Source of the DNA: a virus
Length of the DNA stretch: 64,000 nucleotides
Virus record (IMG/VR): IMGVR_UViG_3300022074_000002
Reading direction: 5' to 3' (one strand)
A program made the position numbers and the translations under genes. Shown here piece by piece: positions 10,260-20,065 of the stretch (position 1 is the first letter of the stretch; each line of letters starts with the position of its first letter). A model generated the notes under the pieces. It worked only from the letters and a program-made list of their open reading frames with translations, had not been told where the DNA came from and searched no databases.

Positions 10260-10813
10260 TAACAAAACGATGCTATATGACATTTGGTAGGTTTCAACCA
10301 CCAACTACAGGACACGAAGCAAACTTTAATAGTGTAAAACGTGCTGCTGGTACAGATGATTATAGAATTTACATTTCTCAGACAGTAGATACCAAAGGAA
10401 ACAACCCTTTGCTGCCAGATAGAAAATTATTTTACATGAAAAAAATGTTTCCTATACACAAATCTAACATATACAGCGGACCTAGAGATCCAGTAGCAGT
10501 TTTACAAGATATTATGATGGCAGGATATGATGAGTGTATATTTCTTGTAGGATCTGATAGAGTTAACGCTATGCAGTGGATTCATAAATATAATGGAGAC
10601 GAGTATTCTTTCCGAAAGTTAGACATCGTATCTTCTGGTAGTAGAGACGCAGATGGTGACACATTTGCAGTATCTGGTACTAAAATGAGAAGAGCAGCGT
10701 TTGCTGGAGATTTTAAAACATTCAGATCTGGTATACCTACCAGTCTAAAAGAAGATGATTGTCGAATGATGATGATGGAAGTAGCAGCGAATTTACCCGC
10801 AAACTATAAATGA
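10250..10813 (+). CDS. Cytidylyltransferase-like / NMN adenylyltransferase-like protein
   Basis: FGRFQPPTTGH (HIGH-like) and VSGTKMR (SxTxxR) motifs. Confidence 0.8.
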   Translation: MALVTKRCYMTFGRFQPPTTGHEANFNSVKRAAGTDDYRIYISQTVDTKGNNPLLPDRKLFYMKKMFPIHKSNIYSGPRDPVAVLQDIMMAGYDECIFLVGSDRVNAMQWIHKYNGDEYSFRKLDIVSSGSRDADGDTFAVSGTKMRRAAFAGDFKTFRSGIPTSLKEDDCRMMMMEVAANLPANYK

Positions 10814-11037
10814 TAAATTTTAAGAAATTACGAGAACAAGCACTAAGACAAGAGCAAAGACACGAAAAAGGTCTGAGCGAGGGTGATAGTGTCATGTCTT
10901 CAAGAACAGGAGTCAAAGGAACTATTCACAGAGTGGGTGGTAACTATGCAATTGTTATATCTGAAGAAGGAAAAATGTTCCGTGAGTGGATTAAGAATGT
11001 TAGAGCTATAAATAATACGAGAAGAACCTCCTTGTAA
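10810..11037 (+). CDS. Small hypothetical protein, KOW/SH3-like
   Basis: GDSV...GVKGTIHRVG pattern; ATGA overlap with the upstream gene. Confidence 0.5.
   Translation: MINFKKLREQALRQEQRHEKGLSEGDSVMSSRTGVKGTIHRVGGNYAIVISEEGKMFREWIKNVRAINNTRRTSL
11007..11014 (+). promoter_or_regulatory. T4-type late promoter
   Basis: TATAAATA about 28 nt upstream of the 11042 start. Confidence 0.7.
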
Positions 11038-11041
11038 GTAA

Positions 11042-11818
11042 ATGAAGAAGCAAGAAAGAATTAACACCGTCAGAAACAATGATGATTTTTCATCAGGTTT
11101 GATGGAACAATATAATAAGTGGATGGGTGGCGATTGCTTCCAAAACACTAACCTACCAGATTTACATTTATCTGAAGCACCTTTTGATGGCATGGATCCA
11201 CAGTCTAATGGTGCAGAGATAGAGAATACTCTGGTTAAAAAGAAAGGTCCTAAGAAAGAATCACCTAAAGCACAACTTGCTACTAAGGAAGAGTACGAAG
11301 TTTTAGAACGTGAAGAGGTAGAGATTGACGGAGAACTATACGTCATAGAAAAGAGAAGATATGCTACTGAAGGTATGGCAGCAGCTCGTGATAACGTTGG
11401 TGCTTCTACATGCTGGAAAGGATATAAGGCAAAGGGAACTAAGAAGAAAGGTGGTAAAGAAGTTCCTAATTGTGTTAAAGAAGATGATTTTCATCATCAA
11501 AAAGATAAAGATGGTAACACAATTCCACACGAAGATGAGATAAAAGAAGGCAAGAAGGGTCTATATGACAACATTCATGCAAAAAGAAAGAGAGGTGAGT
11601 CTCCAGCAAAACCTGGTGATAAAGGATATCCTGCTAAGAATGCATTCAAAAAAGCAGCAGAGTCAGTTGAGCATGTAACAGAGAAGAAGTTAGATCCAGT
11701 TGGTAAGGCAGACGCTGATATCGACAATGATGGTGACGTAGATAAGTCTGATAAGTTTTTACACGCAAGACGTAAGAAAGTTAGCAAGATCATTGCTATG
11801 TCTAAGAAGAAAAAATGA
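11042..11818 (+). CDS. Charged modular late protein with an EF-hand-like loop
   Basis: 258 aa; CWKGY...VPNCVK, GLYDNIHAKRKRG and DIDNDGDVDKSD modules. Confidence 0.6.
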   Translation: MKKQERINTVRNNDDFSSGLMEQYNKWMGGDCFQNTNLPDLHLSEAPFDGMDPQSNGAEIENTLVKKKGPKKESPKAQLATKEEYEVLEREEVEIDGELYVIEKRRYATEGMAAARDNVGASTCWKGYKAKGTKKKGGKEVPNCVKEDDFHHQKDKDGNTIPHEDEIKEGKKGLYDNIHAKRKRGESPAKPGDKGYPAKNAFKKAAESVEHVTEKKLDPVGKADADIDNDGDVDKSDKFLHARRKKVSKIIAMSKKKK

Positions 11819-12369
11819 AATCCTTTAATCAATTCAAAACTGATTCTAAGAAAAGAAAAGAAAAACTAAAGAACAAGAAGGTTGGCAACGTAGAAGTCAT
11901 GCCCATTGTTAATGATGACGATGGCAAAGGTATGACTACTCGTGCTACTAATGAGGAGGTGTTAAATGAAAAGTCAGTCTCAAAGTCCCAACAAAGATTC
12001 TTCGGGATGGTTAGAAAAGCTCAAAAGGAGGGTGAGAAGAAAGCTTCCTCACCTGAGGTTGCCAGAGTTGCTGCCAGCATAAAGAAAAAAGATGCCAAGG
12101 ATTTTGCATCTACTAAACATAAAGGACTACCAGAGAAAAAGGTAGCAAAAGAAGAGACTTGTGGTAAAGGACAGTACTATTGTAATGATACTCAGAAGTG
12201 TAAACCCATTCCAAAAGGTATGAAAGTAAGGGATGATGGGTTTTTAACTAAAGAATCATTCGAGTCAGGTGTAATGAAAGCGAGGAGATATCATAGGGTA
12301 GGAAAACTCATGTCATTCAAGGATTTCATGAAGATTATGAGTGAAATTTTGGGGGAATGGGAAAAGTAA
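11815..12369 (+). CDS. Charged modular late protein (DUF3008-like segment)
   Basis: KSVSKSQQRFFGMV, KDFASTKHKGLPEK and CGKGQYYC...KCKP modules. Confidence 0.55.
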   Translation: MKSFNQFKTDSKKRKEKLKNKKVGNVEVMPIVNDDDGKGMTTRATNEEVLNEKSVSKSQQRFFGMVRKAQKEGEKKASSPEVARVAASIKKKDAKDFASTKHKGLPEKKVAKEETCGKGQYYCNDTQKCKPIPKGMKVRDDGFLTKESFESGVMKARRYHRVGKLMSFKDFMKIMSEILGEWEK

Positions 12370-12402
12370 TAAATAGATACACACACATTATGGAATATTA
12401 CC

Positions 12403-12600
12403 ATGTTTTCTTTTCTACTACCACTTGCAACGAAAGTTATTTCGGACGCAGTAAACAAAATTCCTGACAACGAGGAACTTGGAGAAAAATTAATAGATAT
12501 TTGCTTAGTTATCCTAGGTAAGGCAGTTAAACTGACCAAAACTGACATGGATGACAAGTTACTTGAGACTGTGAAGGCTGCTATTGCAGCAAAGGAATAG
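12403..12600 (+). CDS. Small hypothetical protein
   Basis: 65 aa ORF downstream of AATAAATA. Confidence 0.6.
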   Translation: MFSFLLPLATKVISDAVNKIPDNEELGEKLIDICLVILGKAVKLTKTDMDDKLLETVKAAIAAKE

Positions 12601-12606
12601 TCCTTT

Positions 12607-12614
12607 TATAAATA
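12607..12614 (+). promoter_or_regulatory. T4-type late promoter
   Basis: TATAAATA upstream of 12647. Confidence 0.7.
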
Positions 12615-12646
12615 AAACTTAGAACAATACACGATTAGAGAAAAAG

Positions 12647-13471
12647 ATGTCACTTATTGGAACAACGGATGCTGCTGCATTCTCAAATAGTGTTGGTGTC
12701 ACCAATGGCGATGCCACCGTAACAAAGAACGCTGCTGACACCGTTGTCGGTGGTGATGTACTTGAAATTTCTGGTGTTAACTATATTGTTAAGACCATTA
12801 CTAGCACTACTAGCATAGAATTACATAAAGTATATGCTGGATCAACTGCTACAGTTGCTGCTGCTAATGTAATTAAAAGAACTCCTCCAAAACAGGTTGC
12901 AGAATTTGTAATCTTAGGTGGAGACTCTAACAGTTATGAGTTAATTTTTGCTGATTCTACTGAGGGTTCTCTTGCTGAGAGTAAGTCTCGTGGAATTAAG
13001 AATCCTGGTTGGTGGTTATACAGAACATTTACCGATCACTATGGTAACACTCGTCATAAGGCAGAGTGTATAGCAGCGATGTCTGTTGCTGCTGGTGTAT
13101 CTGGTGACGCATCTGATGATACCATTGCTGCTGAAGTTGCATCTGCTGTAACTATCACATCACAACCTGGTAACTCTGCTTCATCTTCTGGTGCTGGTAC
13201 ATTTGCTGTTGCAACAAGTACAACAGGAACACCTGGCACACTTGCTTATGTTTGGCAACGTCAGAAAGCTGGAACTAAGCGTTGGGTTAACATCACTGCA
13301 TCACTTGATACAGGTATCACATATGCTAACTTCACTACAGCCACACTTGGTTACAGTGGACTTGCTGGTGCTACACTAGATGGTCAAAACTATAGAGTTA
13401 AGATCACTTCTGCCAATGGTACAGAAGAAGTTACCTCTAACGGAGCAGGAACTTTAACATTCGGATCATAA
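12647..13471 (+). CDS. Probable virion structural protein with C-terminal Ig-like domain
   Basis: Thr/Ala/Gly-rich; ITSQP...YVWQ...YRVKIT Ig-like pattern; late promoter. Confidence 0.6.
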   Translation: MSLIGTTDAAAFSNSVGVTNGDATVTKNAADTVVGGDVLEISGVNYIVKTITSTTSIELHKVYAGSTATVAAANVIKRTPPKQVAEFVILGGDSNSYELIFADSTEGSLAESKSRGIKNPGWWLYRTFTDHYGNTRHKAECIAAMSVAAGVSGDASDDTIAAEVASAVTITSQPGNSASSSGAGTFAVATSTTGTPGTLAYVWQRQKAGTKRWVNITASLDTGITYANFTTATLGYSGLAGATLDGQNYRVKITSANGTEEVTSNGAGTLTFGS

Positions 13472-13477
13472 TATGAT

Positions 13478-13834
13478 ATGAATATTAGTGAATTGAACCA
13501 TGAAAACTGGTTAATCTTTGCAATTAGAAATTATAACAACCCGTTGTCAGTTACCTATTCAGACTTTGAAGAGGATTTAAAGAGATTTAAGTACATTAAA
13601 AGACTACTGAGAAGGTATGAAACAACGGGTGAGTTGAAGACTCACTTGATACTTAATCATGTGATAGTATTGTATAATGTCTTTGATGAGGCAGCAACAC
13701 CGCTGCTATTCTATAGAGTAGAAGCAACATATTGGTCTATTATGAAGGCGTTTATGTTATTTCTAAATAGATTACCACCTAAACTTAACGAAGATGTTGA
13801 CGAGGAATGTCTAAAACAACTGAATCTAATATGA
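13478..13834 (+). CDS. Conserved T4-like phage hypothetical protein
   Basis: 118 aa; EFxEDLKRFKYIKRLL...LILNH motif. Confidence 0.65.
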   Translation: MNISELNHENWLIFAIRNYNNPLSVTYSDFEEDLKRFKYIKRLLRRYETTGELKTHLILNHVIVLYNVFDEAATPLLFYRVEATYWSIMKAFMLFLNRLPPKLNEDVDEECLKQLNLI

Positions 13835-14541
13835 CTGAATCAATTAACTCTGCTGGTAATGGATCTGGTTTACAGTTACCACCAGCATTTGTCATGGTAA
13901 ATCCTAGACAACATCGTAAGTATAAGAAAAATAATGAGACAGTGGATGGTCGTACCAAAGGTGCTAAAGATCTCTTCTCCCGTATACAACGCAGAAAAAT
14001 GACTGGAACAAAAAAAGAACATACTGAAATTGAATCTCCCATCACTGAAGTAGTGTCCTCTGAAACAGAGAGAGCACAGAAACAAATCGGACAGATGAAA
14101 AAATTAAATCGTCAGAAAGATTTACAGAAAAAACGTGGTGAAGCAAAGTCTAAAATGATGAATAAGACAAAGGAGATGGATACTCTTATGAAGGCAAGAT
14201 TATCTGACTTCAAAAAGAAAGCATCATCACAACAGAAAAAATTAAAACGTAATAATGAGGAAACTAACGTGAATAAAGATGTAATACTTGAAAAACAAGA
14301 CGTAGTACAGGTCGCACTAGACGTTGCTACATCAGAACTTGCACCACAGGGTGAAGGTCAATTTGCAAAGATCCAGTTTGGTGACGGATCTGTACAAAAT
14401 CTAGATAACTTCTCAGCAAAGAGAATTGCAGCATGTTATGGTCAGTTGGATGATACACATAAGCAACAGTTCCAGTACATGCTGAACAAAGACGCTTCTA
14501 CATATCAATCTGCACTTGATTTCGCAATCAGAAATGTGTAA
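13831..14541 (+). CDS. Hypothetical basic coiled-coil protein
   Basis: Track ORF 13807..14541; ATG at 13831 gives an ATGA overlap with the upstream stop. Confidence 0.6.
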   Translation: MTESINSAGNGSGLQLPPAFVMVNPRQHRKYKKNNETVDGRTKGAKDLFSRIQRRKMTGTKKEHTEIESPITEVVSSETERAQKQIGQMKKLNRQKDLQKKRGEAKSKMMNKTKEMDTLMKARLSDFKKKASSQQKKLKRNNEETNVNKDVILEKQDVVQVALDVATSELAPQGEGQFAKIQFGDGSVQNLDNFSAKRIAACYGQLDDTHKQQFQYMLNKDASTYQSALDFAIRNV

Positions 14542-14552
14542 GATTAGGAGCA

Positions 14553-14948
14553 ATGTCTGACATTAACACAGCAATACTAGAAAGACTAGAAAAAGTTGTT
14601 GACACTCTTCAAGAAAACTCTATGAAGATGGGTCAACTTCTTGCTGTGCACAATGAGAAGTTAGACAAACAAGATAAGGTAGATGAAGTTCTGTTTGAAA
14701 AGTTAGACAGATTGTCAGCAGATCTAAACAGAGAAACAGCATCAATAAAGAAGGGGTGTGAAAGAGATATAAGATTGGTAGATGATAGACTACGTTTGAT
14801 GGAGAAGAAGATGTGGACGATAGCAGGAGCGTTGACTGTTATATCGTTTATAGTCAGTCCAATAGGACAAAGAGTGCTCCAAGGCATAGTTGCAAACCAA
14901 AACTTGACAGAATCAATTCCAACACCTATAATAAGAACATTGAAGTAA
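14553..14948 (+). CDS. Coiled-coil protein with C-terminal hydrophobic helix
   Basis: 131 aa; AGGAG RBS; MWTIAGALTVISFIV hydrophobic segment. Confidence 0.6.
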   Translation: MSDINTAILERLEKVVDTLQENSMKMGQLLAVHNEKLDKQDKVDEVLFEKLDRLSADLNRETASIKKGCERDIRLVDDRLRLMEKKMWTIAGALTVISFIVSPIGQRVLQGIVANQNLTESIPTPIIRTLK

Positions 14949-14957
14949 TCATTATGA

Positions 14958-15953
14958 ATGTCGTATATCGACGATAAGTACATAAACTTAATATCTCCTC
15001 GCCTATCTCTCTTTACTCGCAAGAAAGCAGGACTCTACAATTTTAGATGTCCTTATTGCGGAGACAGTAAAAAGAGAAAGAATAAAGCAAGGGGATATTT
15101 TTTTAGAATTAAGGCAGACACTGTATACAAGTGCCACAATTGCGGTGTTGGTAGAACTTTGTCTAATTTTTTAAAGGATCAAGACATATTATTACATGAT
15201 CAATATGTCATGGAAAAGTTTAAAGACTCTACCTCTAGTACAGGTAAAGGGTCTTACACACCAAATCCAAAACTTAATTTTTTACCTCCTAATTTTGTTA
15301 AATCTGCTACTGGTCTAGAAAAAATCTCAGACCTAAATATTTTTCACGAGGCTAGGAAATATCTAGAACAAAGAGGCATCAAAGATCTCGACTATTTCTA
15401 CTATTGTCCAAAATTTAAAGAGTGGACTAATAAACAGAAGCGAACATTTGATACCCTCAGGCAGGATCATCCCCGCATCATCATCCCTTTCAAAGACAAA
15501 GAAGGTAACCTTTTTGGATACCAAGGCAGATCACTAGCACGCAATGCTAAACTTAGATATATCACGATCATGCTGGACGAGGAACAACCCAAGATCTTTG
15601 GACTGGATAGAATAGATACAAACAAATCAATTTACATTACAGAAGGACCTTTTGATGCGACGTTCATTAAAAACTCGGTTGCCATGGCTGGTTCCGATAT
15701 TGATATTAGGGCGTTTGGTTGGAGCGATTATATTTGGGTATTTGATAACGAACCACGCAATAGAGAAATCGTCAACAAAATCTCCAAAGTCATTGACAGA
15801 GGAGATAAGGTAGTCATTTGGCCTAACAATATTCAGCAAAAGGACATAAACGACATGTCACTTGGTGGACATGATGTGCAAAAGATGGTAGAATCTAATG
15901 TATATCAAAAACTAGAAGCAAAACTTAAATTTAATAACTGGAAGAAAGTATGA
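14958..15953 (+). CDS. gp61: DNA primase (T4 gp61)
   Basis: CPYCGD...CHNC zinc ribbon; TEGPFD and FDNEPRN TOPRIM motifs. Confidence 0.96.
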   Translation: MSYIDDKYINLISPRLSLFTRKKAGLYNFRCPYCGDSKKRKNKARGYFFRIKADTVYKCHNCGVGRTLSNFLKDQDILLHDQYVMEKFKDSTSSTGKGSYTPNPKLNFLPPNFVKSATGLEKISDLNIFHEARKYLEQRGIKDLDYFYYCPKFKEWTNKQKRTFDTLRQDHPRIIIPFKDKEGNLFGYQGRSLARNAKLRYITIMLDEEQPKIFGLDRIDTNKSIYITEGPFDATFIKNSVAMAGSDIDIRAFGWSDYIWVFDNEPRNREIVNKISKVIDRGDKVVIWPNNIQQKDINDMSLGGHDVQKMVESNVYQKLEAKLKFNNWKKV

Positions 15954-18265
15954 CAAACGGTCACGGAACCAAAGTTCGTAAGCGAGACGGGTCTCTAACA
16001 CCCCTTAATCTAGATAAGATTCATAAGGTAGTAGAAGAAGCGTGTGAAGGGTTAGGGGGCGGTGTGAGTGCCTCTCAAGTAGAGATGAACTCAGGTCTTC
16101 AATTCTTTGATGGAATATCTACTAACGACATCCAAGAAATATTAATTAGATCAGCGAGTGATCTTATTAGTTTGGAAACACCAAACTATCAGTTTGTAGC
16201 AGCAAGATTGTTGTTGTATTCTGTTTATAAACAGGTGTTTGGATCTGAATGGGTCAATGGATTCACCAGTGTTTATGATCATGCGTCAAAATGTGCTGAT
16301 ATTGATGTATATGATAAGGATATTCTTGGTAAATATACAGAAGAAGAATGGGATGAAATTAATTCATGGATAGATCATGATAGAGACATGTTGTTTACCT
16401 ATGCAGGACTCAGACAAGTCGTTGACAAATATCTTGTACAGGATAGAAGTTCTGGTGATGTTTATGAAACACCACAGTACATGTATATAATGATTGCTGT
16501 CACATTATTCCAAAATTACACTGAAAATAGATTAGATTACATAAGGAGATATTACGATGCCATTTCCAAACACAAGATCAACATACCAACCCCCATCATG
16601 GCAGGAGTTCGCACCCCTCTTCGGCAGTTTGCGTCTTGTGTTTTGGTTGACGCTGACGACACCTTGGATAGTATTTTTACTTCTGATATGGCCATTGGTC
16701 GTTACGTCGCTCAGAGGGCTGGGATTGGTATCAACGCAGGCCGCATCCGTGGGATCAACAGTAAAATCAGGGGTGGAGAAGTTCAACACACAGGTGTTGT
16801 ACCGTTCCTCAAAAAGTTTGAAGCAACTGTCAGATGCTGCACTCAAAATGGCATTAGAGGTGGATCAGCGACTGTCCACTTCCCAATCTGGCACAAAGAA
16901 ATAGAAGATATTATTGTACTTAAAAATAATAAAGGTACAGATGATTCTAGAGTTCGTAAGTTAGACTATAGCATACAAATTACAAAATTATTCTATGAAA
17001 GATTCATTAGCGGGGGTACTATCAGTTTGTTTTCTCCTCATGATGTTCCCGATCTTTATGATGTCTTTGGAACTGAGGGATTCGACGAACTCTACGAACA
17101 ATATGAAGCAGACGAAACTGTCCCAAGAAAATCAATTCCTGCTCAGGATTTGATGTTAAGCATCTTAAAGGAAAGGGCAGAGACAGGAAGATTATACATA
17201 ATGAATATTGATCATTGCAATAGTCATAGTTCTTTCCTAGACAAGGTAAACATGAGTAACTTATGTCAGGAAATTACATTGCCCACTACACCACTAGAAC
17301 ACATTGATGGTGAGGGTGAAATTGCATTGTGTATTTTGTCTGCTATCAACGTAGGCAAGATCAATAGGTTAGATGAACTTGAAAATCTCTGTGACCTAGC
17401 AGTTAGAGGACTAGAAGAACTGATTGATTATCAGAACTATCCTGTTGCTGCTGCAGAACGTAGCACACTAGCACGTAGGTCATTGGGTATTGGTTATATT
17501 GGACTAGCACATTACCTAGCAAAACAAGGACTCAAGTATGACAACCCAGAAGCATGGAAATCAGTACACCAATTGTCTGAATCTTTCCAGTACCATCTAC
17601 TCAAGTCAAGCAACGCAGTTGCAAAAGAGAAAGGAGCATGTGAATATTTCTCTCGTACGAAATATTTCAAAGGTATCCTCCCAATCGACACTTATAAAAC
17701 AGACATTGATGAGTTCTGTAGTGGAGAGTTAAATTATGATTGGGATTCTTTACGGTTTGACATCCAAGAGTACGGACTTAGGCATTCAACGCTGTCCGCA
17801 CAGATGCCATCAGAAAGCAGTTCCGTTGTGTCTAACGCAACAAATGGAATCGAACCACCTAGAGCATACTTGTCCACTAAGAAGTCCAAGAAAGGACCTC
17901 TTAAGCAGATTGTTCCACAGTATGGGTCTTTGAAGAATAATTACACATTGCTATGGGACATGAAGGACAACGATGGATATATAAAGATCGTGAGTGTGAT
18001 GCAGAAGTTCTTTGACCAAGCAATTTCTGGCAACTGGAGTTACAATCCAGAAAATTATGAGAACAATGAAGTACCTGTATCAGTTATGGCGGGTGACCTA
18101 CTTAAAACATATAAGTATGGTTGGAAGACATCGTATTATCAAAATACATACGATCAGAAAGGAGATGAACCACAACTGACAGAAGAGAAGAAAGCAAGTA
18201 TAGAAGATCTATTACAAGACATACTAACAACCGAGGAAGAAGACTGTGACAGTTGCAAAATTTAG
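15950..18265 (+). CDS. nrdA: Ribonucleotide reductase class Ia alpha subunit
   Basis: N-terminal ATP cone; PTP, SCVL, SNLCQEI and C-terminal CDSCKI. Confidence 0.97.
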   Translation: MTNGHGTKVRKRDGSLTPLNLDKIHKVVEEACEGLGGGVSASQVEMNSGLQFFDGISTNDIQEILIRSASDLISLETPNYQFVAARLLLYSVYKQVFGSEWVNGFTSVYDHASKCADIDVYDKDILGKYTEEEWDEINSWIDHDRDMLFTYAGLRQVVDKYLVQDRSSGDVYETPQYMYIMIAVTLFQNYTENRLDYIRRYYDAISKHKINIPTPIMAGVRTPLRQFASCVLVDADDTLDSIFTSDMAIGRYVAQRAGIGINAGRIRGINSKIRGGEVQHTGVVPFLKKFEATVRCCTQNGIRGGSATVHFPIWHKEIEDIIVLKNNKGTDDSRVRKLDYSIQITKLFYERFISGGTISLFSPHDVPDLYDVFGTEGFDELYEQYEADETVPRKSIPAQDLMLSILKERAETGRLYIMNIDHCNSHSSFLDKVNMSNLCQEITLPTTPLEHIDGEGEIALCILSAINVGKINRLDELENLCDLAVRGLEELIDYQNYPVAAAERSTLARRSLGIGYIGLAHYLAKQGLKYDNPEAWKSVHQLSESFQYHLLKSSNAVAKEKGACEYFSRTKYFKGILPIDTYKTDIDEFCSGELNYDWDSLRFDIQEYGLRHSTLSAQMPSESSSVVSNATNGIEPPRAYLSTKKSKKGPLKQIVPQYGSLKNNYTLLWDMKDNDGYIKIVSVMQKFFDQAISGNWSYNPENYENNEVPVSVMAGDLLKTYKYGWKTSYYQNTYDQKGDEPQLTEEKKASIEDLLQDILTTEEEDCDSCKI

Positions 18266-19436
18266 AACAAACACACCTAACAGACCTATGACAAGTGTAG
18301 AGGGCATGACGGTATTTAATACCGACAAAGTAGATACTACTAAAGGACAGATGTTCTTTGGTGCTCCTCTAGGAGTACAAAGATATGATAAGTTTAAGTA
18401 TCCTATCTTTGATAAGTTGACACAGAATCAACTTGGTTTCTTTTGGAGACCAGAAGAGGTGTCTCTACAAAATGACAGGGCGGATTACCAGAAATTAAAT
18501 GCTGCACAGAAACACATATTTACTAGCAATCTCAAGTATCAGATCCTCTTGGACTCCGTACAAGGTCGTGGTCCTGGCATGGCATTCATGCCTTATTGCA
18601 GTTTACCTGAGTTAGAAGGTTGCATGAACATATGGCAGACTATGGAGATGATTCATAGTAGATCATATACACATATCATCAAGAATGTATATCCAGATCC
18701 ATCAGAAGTCTTTGATAAGATTTTAGATGATGATCATATACTTAAGAGAGCACAATCAGTTACTAAAGCATATGATGAATTCATTAATGATGCTCATACA
18801 TATGACACTAGCAACTGGTGGAGACCAGACTGGCAAGGCAGTCCAACTGTAGCATGGGAAAAGAAAGAATTGAAGAGAAAGTTATACAGAGCAGTAGCAA
18901 ATGTATACATCTTAGAAGGTATTAGATTCTATGTTTCTTTTGCATGTTCATTTGCATTTGGTGAACTTAAATTGTTAGAGGGTTCAGCAAAGATCATAGG
19001 ACTGATTGCGAGAGACGAATCACAACATATGACAGTTACACAAAACATTATGAATAACTGGAAGAAGGGTGATGACCCTGATATGTTAGAGATTGTCAAG
19101 GAAGAGGAAGACTATGTGTATAGTATGTTCCAAAATTCTGTAGAAGAAGAGAAGTTATGGGCAGAGTATTTGTTCAAGGATGGATCTATCATAGGTCTCA
19201 ATGATAAATTACTACAGAGGTATGTTGAATGGACTGCGAATCGTAGACTTAAGTCAATCGGTTTGAAACCTATCTTTGATGTACCTATATCTAACAACCC
19301 ACTACCATGGACGCAGCATTGGTTATCTTCTAAAGGTATGCAAGTTGCACCACAGGAGACAGAGGTAGAATCTTATCTTATTGGTAGTATAAAACAAGAC
19401 GTTAAGAAGGATACCTTTGCGGGATTCAAATTATAA
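18246..19436 (+). CDS. nrdB: Ribonucleotide reductase class Ia beta subunit
   Basis: FWRPEEV, EMIHSRSY, EGIRFY, RDESQH, APQETE motifs. Confidence 0.96.
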   Translation: MTVAKFRTNTPNRPMTSVEGMTVFNTDKVDTTKGQMFFGAPLGVQRYDKFKYPIFDKLTQNQLGFFWRPEEVSLQNDRADYQKLNAAQKHIFTSNLKYQILLDSVQGRGPGMAFMPYCSLPELEGCMNIWQTMEMIHSRSYTHIIKNVYPDPSEVFDKILDDDHILKRAQSVTKAYDEFINDAHTYDTSNWWRPDWQGSPTVAWEKKELKRKLYRAVANVYILEGIRFYVSFACSFAFGELKLLEGSAKIIGLIARDESQHMTVTQNIMNNWKKGDDPDMLEIVKEEEDYVYSMFQNSVEEEKLWAEYLFKDGSIIGLNDKLLQRYVEWTANRRLKSIGLKPIFDVPISNNPLPWTQHWLSSKGMQVAPQETEVESYLIGSIKQDVKKDTFAGFKL

Positions 19437-19438
19437 CT

Positions 19439-20065
19439 ATGGATCTTTGGAAAAATTATAAAGCAACTGTTGCTAAGATTTTTCCAGATATAGAATTTGT
19501 TAAGCGACATGCTGAATGGACTAATAAGAAAGGTGTAAACCTAACTGCTGATTTGTACTCAGGTGAACATCTAATTAAGTCAAGACAAGTTGAAATCTGG
19601 GATGATAAATCTTGCAGCATTCATAACAATATAATATACCCTAAGACAGGATCTAATCTACCCTGTTTTGGTATGGATCTCATGGGAATGAGTGATAAAC
19701 GAGTTGTTATTGTGTTTGATTTCCAACATCCTGTAGAGAACTACTTGTTTTATACACCAGAGTTACCTAAAGTAGAGGGTACATATAGATTCTTTGAAGC
19801 GGGTAATCATTTCTCTGACAATCTTATTGTTAGATACTGCAAACCTGATGAGGTAGATGAATATCTACCACTGTTTACAAAGTATCTACAATTCTATAAA
19901 GATATGCTCAATGAGCATCAACCAACTGGTACTGATACTGATCAGTACAATGACTTTGATAAGTATATGATAAGACTAGATCCAATCTCTGGATATCTCT
20001 CCAGTAGATTTGGTAAAGAACAATCAGAAATTTTAATCAAAGAATTCTTTTTCAGTTATGCCTAA
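19439..20065 (+). CDS. pebS: Phycoerythrobilin synthase (ferredoxin-dependent bilin reductase)
   Basis: IYPKTGSNLPCFGMDLM, VIVFDFQHP, RFFEAGNHFS, LDPISGY match the phage PebS pattern as I recall it. Confidence 0.88.
   Translation: MDLWKNYKATVAKIFPDIEFVKRHAEWTNKKGVNLTADLYSGEHLIKSRQVEIWDDKSCSIHNNIIYPKTGSNLPCFGMDLMGMSDKRVVIVFDFQHPVENYLFYTPELPKVEGTYRFFEAGNHFSDNLIVRYCKPDEVDEYLPLFTKYLQFYKDMLNEHQPTGTDTDQYNDFDKYMIRLDPISGYLSSRFGKEQSEILIKEFFFSYA

Noticed and set aside
14553-14948. Holin call for the coiled-coil/TM protein before primase
   Set aside because: A single C-terminal TM is not diagnostic and no endolysin is adjacent.
1516-19436. Inteins or group I introns in gp43, gp41, nrdA or nrdB
   Set aside because: All are continuous and of ordinary length, with no splicing or LAGLIDADG motifs noticed.
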